This document shows positions 36,384 through 45,932 of a DNA stretch of 64,000 bases, one piece after another. The DNA comes from a bacterium. Lineage in GTDB: Bacteria > Patescibacteriota > Minisyncoccia > UBA6257 > Colwellbacteraceae. Position numbers and translations under genes: made by a program. Positions within the stretch are counted from its first letter, which is position 1; the number at the start of each line of letters is the position of its first letter. The notes beneath the pieces were generated by a model that made no database searches, was not told the origin of the DNA, and was given only the letters and a program-made list of their open reading frames with translations. The stretch lies in assembly GCA_029548485.1 (NCBI GenBank), contig JAKPNH010000008.1:1563-65562 (forward strand). The letters are read 5' to 3'.

Positions 36384-37652
36384 CTAATATTCTCCGAATT
36401 TCACGGATTTCTGATGCTGCCTGATTTTTTCCAAAGCCTTGGCCTCGATCTGTCTGATGCGCTCCCTGGTGACGCCGAAAATCTTTCCGACTTCTTCTAA
36501 GGTATGCGGCGTGCTGTCGCGGAGTCCGAACCTCAACTCCAGTATTTTCCGCTCTCTTTCCGTGAGATCGTTCAGCACTTCCCTGATCTGATCTTTCAGA
36601 AGCTCCCTCGAAACCACCTGAGAGGGCGAAAGCGTTTTTTCGTCTTCGATGAATTCCGAAAGAGTCGAATCCTCTTCTTCGCCGACCGGCGATTCCAGGG
36701 AAATGACTTCTTGGGAAATCTTCTGGATGTGGCGGATCTTGTCCACGTTCACGCCCATTTCGATGGCCACCTCTTCGGCCAGGGGCTCGCGTCCGAGCTC
36801 CTGCATCAACTTCCGACGCGCCTGGGTGTATTTGGAAATCGTCTCCACCATGTGGACCGGGATCCTGATGGTACGCGAATGGTCGGCCAAGGCGCGGGTG
36901 ATCGCCTGCCTGATCCACCAGGTGGCGTAAGTCGAGAATTTGAATCCCTTGCGGTAGTCGAATTTCTGGACCGCCCGGAAAAGCCCGAGGTTCCCTTCCT
37001 GGATGAGATCGAGTATGCCGAGCTGTGGGCTGCGGTTCACGTAACGCTTGGCGATGGAGACGACGAGCCTCAAATTCGCCTTGATGAGTTTTTGCCTGGC
37101 TTCCTCGTCTCCGCGGGCCACTCTTTTCGCGATTTCCCTTTCTTCGAGGGTGGTGAGAAGCGGAGTCTTGCCTATTTCCTTGAGGTAAATCTGGACGTTA
37201 TCCGGAAGCTCTCCGGTGATCAAAGTCGCGTCCTCGAGCTCTTTCTGGGTGATTTCGTCTCCCGGAAGCTCGATCAGATTGCCGACGTCGATGACGCGGA
37301 GCCCGGCTTCTTCGATGCGGTCGTAGATATGCTCGAGGAAAGAGACGTCGGTTTCGATCCGCGGAAAGAATTTAAGGATTTCTAGATCGGTGACAAACCC
37401 TTTGGCTTTGCCTTGGTTGATGAGTTCGTCCAAAACGCCCAAATCGAATTTGAACTTTCGGGGTTTTTCCTTGGCCGGGGCTTTCTTGCTAACCGGCTTC
37501 GCGGTTTTTTTGGAGGTTTTTTTCGCGATCTTGGCCGGTTTTCTGGATTTCTTCGCTTTAATCGCTTTCCGCGAAACTTTTGGTTTCTTCGCCGGCTTCC
37601 TTAATTTGCGCACCGGCTTTCTCGCGGATTTCTTTTTTTTGTTCTTAGCCAT
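36384..37652 (-). CDS. rpoD: Primary sigma factor (sigma70/RpoD)
   Basis: [44 protein letters not shown] and [12 protein letters not shown]. Confidence 0.96.
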   Translation of the reverse strand: MAKNKKKKSARKPVRKLRKPAKKPKVSRKAIKAKKSRKPAKIAKKTSKKTAKPVSKKAPAKEKPRKFKFDLGVLDELINQGKAKGFVTDLEILKFFPRIETDVSFLEHIYDRIEEAGLRVIDVGNLIELPGDEITQKELEDATLITGELPDNVQIYLKEIGKTPLLTTLEEREIAKRVARGDEEARQKLIKANLRLVVSIAKRYVNRSPQLGILDLIQEGNLGLFRAVQKFDYRKGFKFSTYATWWIRQAITRALADHSRTIRIPVHMVETISKYTQARRKLMQELGREPLAEEVAIEMGVNVDKIRHIQKISQEVISLESPVGEEEDSTLSEFIEDEKTLSPSQVVSRELLKDQIREVLNDLTERERKILELRFGLRDSTPHTLEEVGKIFGVTRERIRQIEAKALEKIRQHQKSVKFGEY

Positions 37653-39411
37653 TGTTTAAAAACTTTTGGTTTTTTAAAAACTCGATTCTCGCGGTGATGT
37701 TTTGGAAATCCGCGATGTATTCGACGATCTTGCCGTCTTCTTTCTCTTCCGCCGCCTGGATCAGCGCTTTCAAGTGGTCGCGCTTTTCCGTCCAGAACTC
37801 CATCTCCAGATTCCGACAAAGCACTTCCGTTTCCGCGTTTTGGGAAACTTCGGCCGCCGAATCATCAGCCAAACCCGATCGCAGATTGATCAGATTCGCG
37901 AGTCCGGCCAGCTCCTCGCTTTCCGGAATCCTTCCTTCGGAAAGGCAATAATACACTTCGAGATACTTTTGCGGGAGGAATTCTTTGACTTTTTCCACGG
38001 CCTCTTTCGAGCCGCTGTCTCCGGAGAAGCAGCCAAGCAGCCTTTCGCTGATCAACTCCCGTCTTGATAGCTTAATATCCCGTAAATCCGGCGTCGTGTC
38101 AACTTTTTTGAGCGGCTGTCCGGAAGCGATCCCTAGCTTTTCCATCTCTTCCCGCAGGCTCGCCTCCCTGACGCCGGTCCGGTCGCTTATCTGCTTTAGC
38201 CAGTAGTCTTTTTCGATGGCGCTCGCCATTTTTCTAACTTTCTGTAGCGCCATCCTGATACCTTGTTTTTTGTCGCTGATGTCGCCGTCTTTCAGAAACT
38301 CCCGGCAATAATATTCCATTCCGCCGACGCTCTGGCCGGTCAGCTCCTTCAGAATCCCCGGCTTCAGCAAAACCAGGTCGGCCGTGTCCTTGATTTTCAA
38401 GTCTTTTTCCGCGGCCAGGTTGCCCAAGTCGAGGACTCGCGCCTCGAAATCGTTTTCGAGGGCGAGGTCGATGCTCCGTTCGGTCGCCTGCTTGCCGGCC
38501 GGATCGTTGTCGAGATTAAAAACCAGTTTGTTGGTGTGCCGATGCAGCAGTTTCAGCTGGTCGAGCGTCAAGGCGGTCCCCGAAATGCCGACCGTGTTTT
38601 TCACCCCGTCCTGATGGCTCGCGATCACGTCCATCATTCCTTCGACAATAAGAACGAATCCCTCTTCGCGGATCGCCTCTTTCGACTGGATCAATCCGTA
38701 GATGATTTTCGATTTGGAGAAAATCGGCGTTTCCGGAGAGTTCAGATACTTGGCCGTTTCCTCGGTTTCGTATTCCGGCAATATCCGGCCGGAGAAACCG
38801 ACCGGTTTTCCGAAGGCGTTCCAAAGCGGAAACATGATCCGGCCGCGGAAACGATCGAAATATTTCCCTTTTTCGCTTTTGATGGTCATCCCCGAGCGCG
38901 TCAAATCTTTGACGTCGAATCCGGCGTTGATCAGATGAAGCGTCAAATCCTCGAAGCTCTGGCCGGCGAAACCGATGTTGAAGTTTTCGACGCTTTCGGG
39001 GGTCACTCCCCTTTTCTGCAGGTACTTTCGGGCGTTTTCCGACGCCTCGAGGTTTTTCCGGTAAAACTCCGCGGAGATCCTCGCAATGTCGTAGAGCACG
39101 CCGAATTCCCGCTGGTCCGCGGGACTGACGCGCCTGAGCTCCACCCCGGCTTTTTCCGCGAGGACCTGGAGCGCCTCGTAGAACTCCAGATTCTCGTATT
39201 TCATCACGAATTTGAAAATATCTCCGCCTTCGTTGCAGCCGAAGCAGTGCCAAATCTGCCTGTCCGGCGAAACCATGAAAGACGGCGTCCGCTCTTTATG
39301 GAACGGGCAGACCGCCTTCAGGTTTTTCCCGGCCGGCTTCAAATCGAGATAACCCCGGAGAAAATCGACCAGGTCGAGCTTGGATTTTATTTCTTCAATC
39401 GGAGAGGCCAT
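37645..39411 (-). CDS. dnaG: DNA primase
   Basis: [33 protein letters not shown] and TOPRIM EG.MD / D.D.AG. Confidence 0.97.
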   Translation of the reverse strand: MASPIEEIKSKLDLVDFLRGYLDLKPAGKNLKAVCPFHKERTPSFMVSPDRQIWHCFGCNEGGDIFKFVMKYENLEFYEALQVLAEKAGVELRRVSPADQREFGVLYDIARISAEFYRKNLEASENARKYLQKRGVTPESVENFNIGFAGQSFEDLTLHLINAGFDVKDLTRSGMTIKSEKGKYFDRFRGRIMFPLWNAFGKPVGFSGRILPEYETEETAKYLNSPETPIFSKSKIIYGLIQSKEAIREEGFVLIVEGMMDVIASHQDGVKNTVGISGTALTLDQLKLLHRHTNKLVFNLDNDPAGKQATERSIDLALENDFEARVLDLGNLAAEKDLKIKDTADLVLLKPGILKELTGQSVGGMEYYCREFLKDGDISDKKQGIRMALQKVRKMASAIEKDYWLKQISDRTGVREASLREEMEKLGIASGQPLKKVDTTPDLRDIKLSRRELISERLLGCFSGDSGSKEAVEKVKEFLPQKYLEVYYCLSEGRIPESEELAGLANLINLRSGLADDSAAEVSQNAETEVLCRNLEMEFWTEKRDHLKALIQAAEEKEDGKIVEYIADFQNITARIEFLKNQKFLNNG

Positions 39412-40351
39412 GTTTGCGGAAAGCCGCTTGGACGACGTGATCCAAAAACTCCGTGAAACTCATTCCGCAGGCCAAAGCCTCTTGCGGCAAAAGGCTTGTC
39501 GGCGTCATTCCCGGAATGGTGTTTATTTCCAATATATATAACTTGCCGTACGGGGACAAAATCATGTCCGTCCTTGAAAATCCCGAGGCCTTGATCGCTT
39601 GATGGGCCGCGAGAGCCGTTTTTTGGATAAGCTGGATAAAGTCTATCGGCAAATCCGGAGGCGTGATTTCCTCGGAAGCGCCGGGAACGTATTTGGCTTC
39701 GTAGTCGAAAAACCCGGCCGATTTCGGAACGATCTCCGTCGGAGGCAAGGCTCTCGCGTTCCCGAGCCCGTCATCGATGACGCCACAGGTGAGTTCCCGA
39801 CCTTTTATGAATTCCTGGATCATCACGTTGTGGGAAAAAGCGAAAGCCTGTTCCAAGGCCGGATACAATCCTTCCGGTGAACGGACGATGGAAACGCCGA
39901 CGGACGAACCCTTGTCCGCGGGCTTGACCACGAGCGGCCAGCCGAGATCTACGCGCAGGTTTTCCAAATCCCCGAAATGCTGCAGCAGGAGCGATTCCGG
40001 CGGATTCAGTCCGGCGGTCCGGAAGGCCCTTTCCGACATCGCTTTGTTCATGCCGAGGGCGCTCGAAGCCGGATCGCTTCCGGTATAAGGCAGGCCCGCT
40101 TCTTCGAGAACGGACTGGATCGCGCCGTCCTCGCCGTATTCGCCATGCATGGCGATGAAAGCGAGATCGGTCAAGTCTTTAAGATGGCGCGGATCGTCGT
40201 CCCATTTTCCTTTCTTGTCGATCAAAACCGGGAAAACTTCGTATTTTTTCCTGTCCAGGAATTTGGACACGGTCTTGCCGCTCGACAAAGACACCTCGTG
40301 TTCGGCCGAAGGCCCTCCCATCAAAACCGCGATTCTTTTTTTGAGAGACAT
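39395..40351 (-). CDS. ddl: D-alanine--D-alanine ligase
   Basis: GG.SAEHEVSL.SG, HG.YGEDG, GSSVG, FDYEAKY and EINT.PG.T..S. Start set at MSLKKR, which overlaps the gdh stop. Confidence 0.95.
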   Translation of the reverse strand: MSLKKRIAVLMGGPSAEHEVSLSSGKTVSKFLDRKKYEVFPVLIDKKGKWDDDPRHLKDLTDLAFIAMHGEYGEDGAIQSVLEEAGLPYTGSDPASSALGMNKAMSERAFRTAGLNPPESLLLQHFGDLENLRVDLGWPLVVKPADKGSSVGVSIVRSPEGLYPALEQAFAFSHNVMIQEFIKGRELTCGVIDDGLGNARALPPTEIVPKSAGFFDYEAKYVPGASEEITPPDLPIDFIQLIQKTALAAHQAIKASGFSRTDMILSPYGKLYILEINTIPGMTPTSLLPQEALACGMSFTEFLDHVVQAAFRKHGLSD

Positions 40352-41607
40352 CACAATTCTCCCCTGGCCTGCATGGCTTTGACGACCTTTTGGACGGCCA
40401 GAGAATAAGCCGCCTGTCTTAGAGTCGCCTTTTTCGTCGTCTTCGACATTCGTTCGTACTCGGCCCAGACCGCGGCGAAGGCGGAATCCATCAATTTCTT
40501 GAGCTTCGCAGAGATCTCTTCTTTTTCCCAATAATAATTCGCCAGATTCTGGACCCACTCGAAATAAGAGACGGCCACGCCGCCGGTGTTCGCCAAGACG
40601 TCGGGAACGATCAAAATTTTCTTGTTTGCCAGGATCTCTTCGGCTTTAGGAGTCACCGGGCCGTTGGCCATTTCCAGAATATTCTTGGCGTTGATTTTGG
40701 AAACGTTTTCCTCGCTCACGGCGTTTTCCAAAGCCGCCGGAACGAGAATGTCGACGTTCAGTCCGAGGACCGCCTCCGAAGGTAAAAGCTTTCCTCCGAC
40801 AAATCCCTTGAAGGTGTCGTTTTTCGCTTTGTAATCGAAAGCTTTTCTGATATCCAATCCTTTTTCGTTATAAAGGGTGTTTTTGCTGTCGGAGACCGCG
40901 ACCACTTTGTATCCGTTCTCATGGACGAACTTGGCGAAATACGATCCGACGTTCCCGAATCCCTGGATGGCCACGGAAACGGCTTTTTTTTGTTTCTTTA
41001 GTTTTTTGACGAAAGAATCGAGGACATAAGAACCGCCCAAGCCCGTGGCTTCGGTGCGGCCTCTGGAGCCGCCGAGCTCCAAAGGCTTGCCCGTGAGCGC
41101 GCCCGGGTCTTTACGGCCAATGATTTTTTCGTATTCGTCAAGCATCCAGCCCATGATTTCGGCGTTCGTGTTCACGTCCGGCGCCGGAATGTCTTTGTCG
41201 CTGCCGATCGCCTTGGCGATCAATCGGATATACCCGCGGCTCAATCTTTGGAGTTCTGATTTGGAAAGGGTTTTCGGATTGACCGCCACACCGCCCTTGC
41301 CGCCGCCGTAAGGAATGCCGACGATGGCCGTTTTCCAGGTCATCCACATCGAAAGCGCCTTCACCTCTTCTTCGGTCGTTTCCTCGTGGAATCTGATTCC
41401 GCCCTTGTAAGGCCCGACGGCGTTGTTGTGCTGGCTTCTCCAGGCTTTGAATTTTTTCGTTTTGCCGTTGTCGAGCTTCACCGAAATTTCTCCGGAAACC
41501 AGATTTTCTATTTTGAGCAACCGGTCGATCGTTTTTTTATCGAGCTCAAGGATCTTGGCTATATCAAGCAACTGCTGCCTGGCGTTTTCGAGCGGATTGT
41601 TTTTCAT
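40351..41607 (-). CDS. gdhA: Glu/Leu/Phe/Val dehydrogenase (glutamate dehydrogenase-like)
   Basis: GPYKGGIRF, MTWK, GGGKGG, PAPDVNT, QGFGNVG, E.ANGP and VSYFEW.QN. Confidence 0.92.
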   Translation of the reverse strand: MKNNPLENARQQLLDIAKILELDKKTIDRLLKIENLVSGEISVKLDNGKTKKFKAWRSQHNNAVGPYKGGIRFHEETTEEEVKALSMWMTWKTAIVGIPYGGGKGGVAVNPKTLSKSELQRLSRGYIRLIAKAIGSDKDIPAPDVNTNAEIMGWMLDEYEKIIGRKDPGALTGKPLELGGSRGRTEATGLGGSYVLDSFVKKLKKQKKAVSVAIQGFGNVGSYFAKFVHENGYKVVAVSDSKNTLYNEKGLDIRKAFDYKAKNDTFKGFVGGKLLPSEAVLGLNVDILVPAALENAVSEENVSKINAKNILEMANGPVTPKAEEILANKKILIVPDVLANTGGVAVSYFEWVQNLANYYWEKEEISAKLKKLMDSAFAAVWAEYERMSKTTKKATLRQAAYSLAVQKVVKAMQARGEL

Positions 41608-41707
41608 AAGTAATCTAATTCTAACGCCGATTCAGAAAAGCCCCAAATGGAAAAATGGGCTTTTCTAATCACTTAAAAAGCCGTATTTAGGCTTATTTCT
41701 CGCTTTC

Positions 41708-41737
41708 TTGACAGAATAAAACAATCTGTGTTATTAT
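41708..41737 (+). promoter_or_regulatory. Strong sigma70-type promoter
   Basis: TTGACA-18 nt-TATTAT with extended TG; overlapped by an ACAGA-N9-TCTGT inverted repeat. Confidence 0.6.
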
Positions 41738-41743
41738 TAATTT

Positions 41744-41935
41744 ATAAAAGTTAAGGGGCGCGCTTCAGTCACTTCAAACAAGAAGCCGCGCGTACCCCAA
41801 AAAAAGAACCGATCCTTCAAAAAATAAACCAAAAAAGCGGAGCGGAGCGTAATAAACTCTACCGCTCCAGCCAGGCGGCGCGAAGATTCCTATTTCATAC
41901 CAATAGCGGAGAAGGGATCTATCGCGCCGTTTCTA
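41744..41935 (+). ncRNA. Candidate structured ncRNA or attenuator leader (three GC-rich hairpins with A-rich linkers)
   Basis: No ORF of 60 aa or more; hairpins ggggcgcgcttc/gaagccgcgcgtacccc, ggagcgg/ccgctcc and cggcgcga-agattcc/gggatct-a-tcgcgccg; upstream promoter. Confidence 0.45.
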
Positions 41936-42026
41936 TATCTGCTTACGTGTTTTCACTTGCAATCCGTCTACTTAATTGCTATTTTAAAAATCTGTTCCCA
42001 ATATTTTCCAATATATAAGGAGGGTT

Positions 42027-42527
42027 TTGTTGATGGAGTCGCCCCCAAGAACTTCGTCCCGATCCTGTCTCTCCCCTAGACTGCTTCCCAAAGATCGGGA
42101 AGCCCTGCCGGCAGAAATCTCAAGAATAGAAGGGACCATCACCAAGCTTCAGGAAGATCTTGAAAGCGCTAAGGAGGATGGTGAAACGGCTTGCCGCATT
42201 CGCGACGAAATCGCGAAGAAGAGAGAAGAGTTGAAACATCTCTTCGACCTTCAAAGATGCGCCGTTCTAATCTCGAGACCTCCAAGCGACGAGGTCGCGA
42301 TGATAGGCCATAGAGTGACCTATCATAATGTCTGCAGCGGCGAATCTATGGCCATAGTCCTCGGCGGCGATTGGGTCCCCAACGCGGAAAGATGCCAACG
42401 CACTACCGCCAGGACGCCCCTCTTCGCCGCTCTTCAGGGAGCGAAGTGCGACGAAAGAAGAGTTCTCTTCACCGACAAACCCAAAACAATCGTCATCGAC
42501 CGCATCGAAGCCGCCGACGACGAATAA
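42027..42527 (+). CDS. GreA/GreB-like secondary-channel factor (divergent)
   Basis: N-terminal coiled coil; C-terminal IGHRVT...IVLGG...TPLFAAL.GAK aligns with the GreA C-domain; AAGGAGG SD. Confidence 0.7.
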   Translation: MLMESPPRTSSRSCLSPRLLPKDREALPAEISRIEGTITKLQEDLESAKEDGETACRIRDEIAKKREELKHLFDLQRCAVLISRPPSDEVAMIGHRVTYHNVCSGESMAIVLGGDWVPNAERCQRTTARTPLFAALQGAKCDERRVLFTDKPKTIVIDRIEAADDE

Positions 42528-42546
42528 GCAGACGTTCCTTGCCACA

Positions 42547-42580
42547 ACGCTCCGGAAAATTCCGGAGCGTCTTTATTTTT
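42547..42580 (+). terminator. Rho-independent terminator
   Basis: acgctccgga-aaat-tccggagcgt plus T-rich tail. Confidence 0.75.
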
Positions 42581-42603
42581 CGCGAAAACCGCTTTAAAGA
42601 AGA

Positions 42604-42822
42604 TCAGTCTTCGGACGCTTTCGCGATCTTCTTCGGTTCCAGAGGAACGACAATCGCGGAAATCAAGTAGATCAATATCCCGCTGCCGATAAAGGCGAGG
42701 AAAACGAAAAGCAAGCGGAATATCACCGGGTCCACTTCGAAATATTCTCCCAGCCCGCCGCAGACCCCGAAAATAATCCTGTCGGTTCTCGACCTGTATA
42801 TTTTTCTTATTTTTTCAGTCAT
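42604..42822 (-). CDS. PspC domain protein
   Basis: YRS..DR.I.GVCGGLGEYF.VDP...RL.F...G...Y......P. Confidence 0.9.
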   Translation of the reverse strand: MTEKIRKIYRSRTDRIIFGVCGGLGEYFEVDPVIFRLLFVFLAFIGSGILIYLISAIVVPLEPKKIAKASED

Positions 42823-42916
42823 GTTGATTGATATCTCTTTCAATAATTATATCACAAAAGAAAACCGCGCGAGCCTGGTATAAGGCCGCGCGGCCGGACT
42901 TTGCTTTCCCCGAAGC

Positions 42917-43255
42917 TTAAAGAACAGCCTCCTGCTCTTTATCGCGAATGACGCATTTTTCGCAGGGCTGGCCGCAGAGGCACTCGATCGCCTCTCCTCC
43001 ATGGAGGCAATATTGCGTCTCGCTCTCATCGTCTTTCAGGAAATAGAAAGGGCAAACACCCATATCTATTCCCCATTCTTTCTGGATCCGGAATACGAGC
43101 TCCCTGGCCGGCATGATCGGCCAGGGACAAGTTTCTGGAAGAAGCTTTTCCAAAAGACCAGGCCTCTCGTTTTCTTTCGCTTCGCGGAGCATTTCTTCTC
43201 CGCCGATCAAATCGAGCTCTTTGAGAGCGGCTTTCACGCGGTCGGAACGCACCAC
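42917..43255 (-). CDS. Hypothetical protein with Cys-rich C-terminus
   Basis: GGAGGT SD before GTG; C-terminal CPFY...YC......ECLC..PCEKC. Confidence 0.55.
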   Translation of the reverse strand: MVRSDRVKAALKELDLIGGEEMLREAKENERPGLLEKLLPETCPWPIMPARELVFRIQKEWGIDMGVCPFYFLKDDESETQYCLHGGEAIECLCGQPCEKCVIRDKEQEAVL

Positions 43256-43374
43256 CCAACACCTCCAAAGCTATATTCGGATAATTAACAAAATAATGTT
43301 TTTGCGAACCGCGGTCAAGGTTAGATCCTTTATTCTTGAGAAAAAACCCGTAAAAGTATAAGCTGAATACGCTT

Positions 43375-43462
43375 GGAGAGGTCGCATAGCGGTCTAGTGC
43401 GTTCGCTTGGAAAGCGAATATACCGCAAGGTATCCAGGGTTCGAATCCCTGCCTCTCCGCCA
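43375..43462 (+). tRNA. tRNA-Ser(GGA)
   Basis: GGAGAGG-TCGCATAGCGGTCTAGTGC-G-TTCGC-TTGGAAA-GCGAA, long variable arm, GGTTCGAATCC, CCTCTCC-G-CCA. Confidence 0.95.
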
Positions 43463-43498
43463 GTTGGTAAAAGAGAGGAAAATCATTAAAATAGAAAT

Positions 43499-43651
43499 AT
43501 GATAAATCTAAGATTTGTAAACTTTGCAGTATTTATAATCTTTTTTGGGATTGCTTTAATTGAAGCCTTCCAAAAACAAAGTTGGTTAGAGGCAATTTTG
43601 TTTTTAGCTTTGGGCGCGTTATTCCTCTGGGCTGATTTTAGAAAAACTTGA
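43499..43651 (+). CDS. Small two-TM membrane protein (50 aa)
   Basis: Manual translation MINLRFVNFAVFIIFFGIALIEAFQKQSWLEAILFLALGALFLWADFRKT; AT-rich. Confidence 0.55.
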   Translation: MINLRFVNFAVFIIFFGIALIEAFQKQSWLEAILFLALGALFLWADFRKT

Positions 43652-43878
43652 AATCGTCCTTTCCGCTCCGGTTCAAGACGAGGCGGGCGAAAGGAGGTTT
43701 GGGGCGATGCCGCTCGCCGAGCCCAGCGATTTCCGTTCGGATATTCTCAATAGACACCGCAACAAGGATCGGAATCGGCGGCCGCTTCCGGGCTTGCGTT
43801 TTTTTAAGCTTGACGAAAAAAGCAAAATATCACTAACTTAAACTTAGTATTCACGGACTTTAAGTAGGAGGCGGAGAA

Positions 43879-44988
43879 ATGGCCAAGAATCGCGAAAATA
43901 AAATGACCAATGAAATAACCAAACTCGAGCTCGAAGATCTCGGCTACGACGAATTCTTCGATTCGCAACGCAGATCTTCGGGATTTGAAGGCTTACCGTT
44001 AGCCCGGGTCGTTGCCGAACACAAAGAAGCTTACAAAGTGAAAAGCCCGAACGGCGAGTATTTGGCCAAGATTACGGGGAAACAAATGTTTAAGGCCGTG
44101 AAAAGAACGGATTATCCCGCTGTCGGAGACTGGGTGGTGATTTCCGAATCGGACGGAGAAAAAGCGGTAATCCGCCATATCCTGCCGAGAAAAACCATAC
44201 TCAAGAAAAAATACAGCGACAGACAAGACGCGCAGGTCATCGCCGTGAACATCGACACGGCCTTCATCGTAGAGTCGCTGGACAGGGATTATAATCTCAA
44301 CCGTTTTGAAAGGTATCTGGTTTTGGCGAACGAAACCGGCATTGAACCGGTTATCGTGTTGAATAAAACCGATTTGGTTCCTAAAACCGAACTGGATCGA
44401 AAAACACAAGAAATAAAAGACAGGTTCGGCGACATCGATATTGTCCGGACCAGCGTCGTCGAAGAACGAGGGCTCGATGAATTGACAGATCGTATCGCCG
44501 AAGGAAAAACATACTGTTTTCTCGGATCGTCGGGAGTCGGCAAATCTTCCCTGATAAACAAATTATTGAAGAAAGACGTCATCAAGACGAAGGAAATAAG
44601 CGGGTCCACCGGCAAAGGCAGGCACACGACCACAACAAGAGAAATGTATTTTTTGGAAAACGGCGGGATCGTGATCGATAATCCGGGCACGAGAGAGGTC
44701 GGGATGGCGGAAGCGAACGCCGGCATCGAAAACGTGTTTGACGAAATAATCACTTTGTCTCAAAAATGCAAATACGCCGATTGCACGCACGTGCGCGAAC
44801 CGGGATGCGCCGTGCTCCAAGCCCTTCGGGAAGGAAAGTTGGACAAAGCCAAATACCAAAACTACCTTAGATTAAAAAAGGAAAACGAATTTTACGGAAT
44901 GACCGACGCGGAGAAGAGAAACAAAGACCGCCGGTTCGGGAAATTAGTTAAAAAAGCGGTAGACCAACTGAAAGAATTCGAGTCTTAG
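43879..44988 (+). CDS. rsgA: Ribosome small subunit-dependent GTPase A (RsgA/EngC family)
   Basis: AVGDWV, NKTD, GSSGVGKSS, GRHTTT, DNPG and zinc motif C....C.H..EPGC. Confidence 0.92.
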   Translation: MAKNRENKMTNEITKLELEDLGYDEFFDSQRRSSGFEGLPLARVVAEHKEAYKVKSPNGEYLAKITGKQMFKAVKRTDYPAVGDWVVISESDGEKAVIRHILPRKTILKKKYSDRQDAQVIAVNIDTAFIVESLDRDYNLNRFERYLVLANETGIEPVIVLNKTDLVPKTELDRKTQEIKDRFGDIDIVRTSVVEERGLDELTDRIAEGKTYCFLGSSGVGKSSLINKLLKKDVIKTKEISGSTGKGRHTTTTREMYFLENGGIVIDNPGTREVGMAEANAGIENVFDEIITLSQKCKYADCTHVREPGCAVLQALREGKLDKAKYQNYLRLKKENEFYGMTDAEKRNKDRRFGKLVKKAVDQLKEFES

Positions 44989-44992
44989 AAAA

Positions 44993-45880
44993 TCACAGGC
45001 TCATCTCCCGGAGTCTTTCGATCCTTTCTCCGATGGGCGGATGGGTGGAAAAAAGATGCGACACTATTTCTTTTGATTTCAAAGGATTGGCTATCCAAAG
45101 ATGGGCCGTGGCCGAAGCGGCCGATCTAAGCGGAGTTTGATCTTCCGAGATTTTTTGGAGGGCGGAAGCCAAACCTTCGGGATAGCGCGTCAAGAGCGCG
45201 GATGAAGCATCGGCCAGAAATTCCCTTTTCCGGGAAATGGCGAGCTGGATCAGATTGACGGCGACGGGCGCCAGCATGGCGAAAACCAATCCCACAAGAT
45301 ACAAGACTCCCCGGAGCTCCCGATCATTGTCGTCCCTTCCCCTCTGGGGCATGCGCATGAAAATATCCGCGAGTATGGCGACGAATCCGACGAGCACGGC
45401 GGCCGTCGTCGCTACCAAAGTGTCGCGATTCTCTATGTGGCTCAACTCGTGGCCCAAAACCCCTTCCAATTCTTGTCTGTCCAATTTTTGAAGCAGGCCG
45501 GTGGTGACGGCGATCGCCGAGCGTTCCGGACTCCGGCCGGTAGCGAAGGCGTTGGGGCTCGGATCGTCCACGATGTATATTGCCGGTTGGGCCGCGCCGG
45601 CGGCGATCGCCAGATTTTCCACCAGACGGTGGAGCTCGGGGTTGTCCCGCCGCGCCACCGGTTTTGCTCCGGCAAGGCTAAGGGCGATATTGTCGGAGAA
45701 AAGAAAACTCGTGGCGCTCATGAAAACGCTGAAAACAATCGCTCCGAGCAGGATGGCCGGATTGTCGTAAAAATACCCGAATCCCCAGCCGAGACCGATG
45801 ACCACGGCGACGAAAACCGTAAAAAGCATCCACGTCCTTTTGACGTTCGCTTCTTTTTCCGCATAAATGTTTCTGGCCAT
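44993..45880 (-). CDS. htpX: Zinc metalloprotease HtpX (M48)
   Basis: PNAFATG, HELSH, SR.RE.LAD and FSTHPP motifs. Confidence 0.93.
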   Translation of the reverse strand: MARNIYAEKEANVKRTWMLFTVFVAVVIGLGWGFGYFYDNPAILLGAIVFSVFMSATSFLFSDNIALSLAGAKPVARRDNPELHRLVENLAIAAGAAQPAIYIVDDPSPNAFATGRSPERSAIAVTTGLLQKLDRQELEGVLGHELSHIENRDTLVATTAAVLVGFVAILADIFMRMPQRGRDDNDRELRGVLYLVGLVFAMLAPVAVNLIQLAISRKREFLADASSALLTRYPEGLASALQKISEDQTPLRSAASATAHLWIANPLKSKEIVSHLFSTHPPIGERIERLREMSL

Positions 45881-45932
45881 TGTATTCGTTAAATCCGCGA
45901 ACGGCGAAAAACGCCTTCCGCTTTGAACGAAA

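Noticed and set aside
41634-41667. Inverted repeat agaaaagccc...gggcttttct upstream of gdh
   Set aside because: It could be an ordinary terminator or operator; no further support and no second copy seen.
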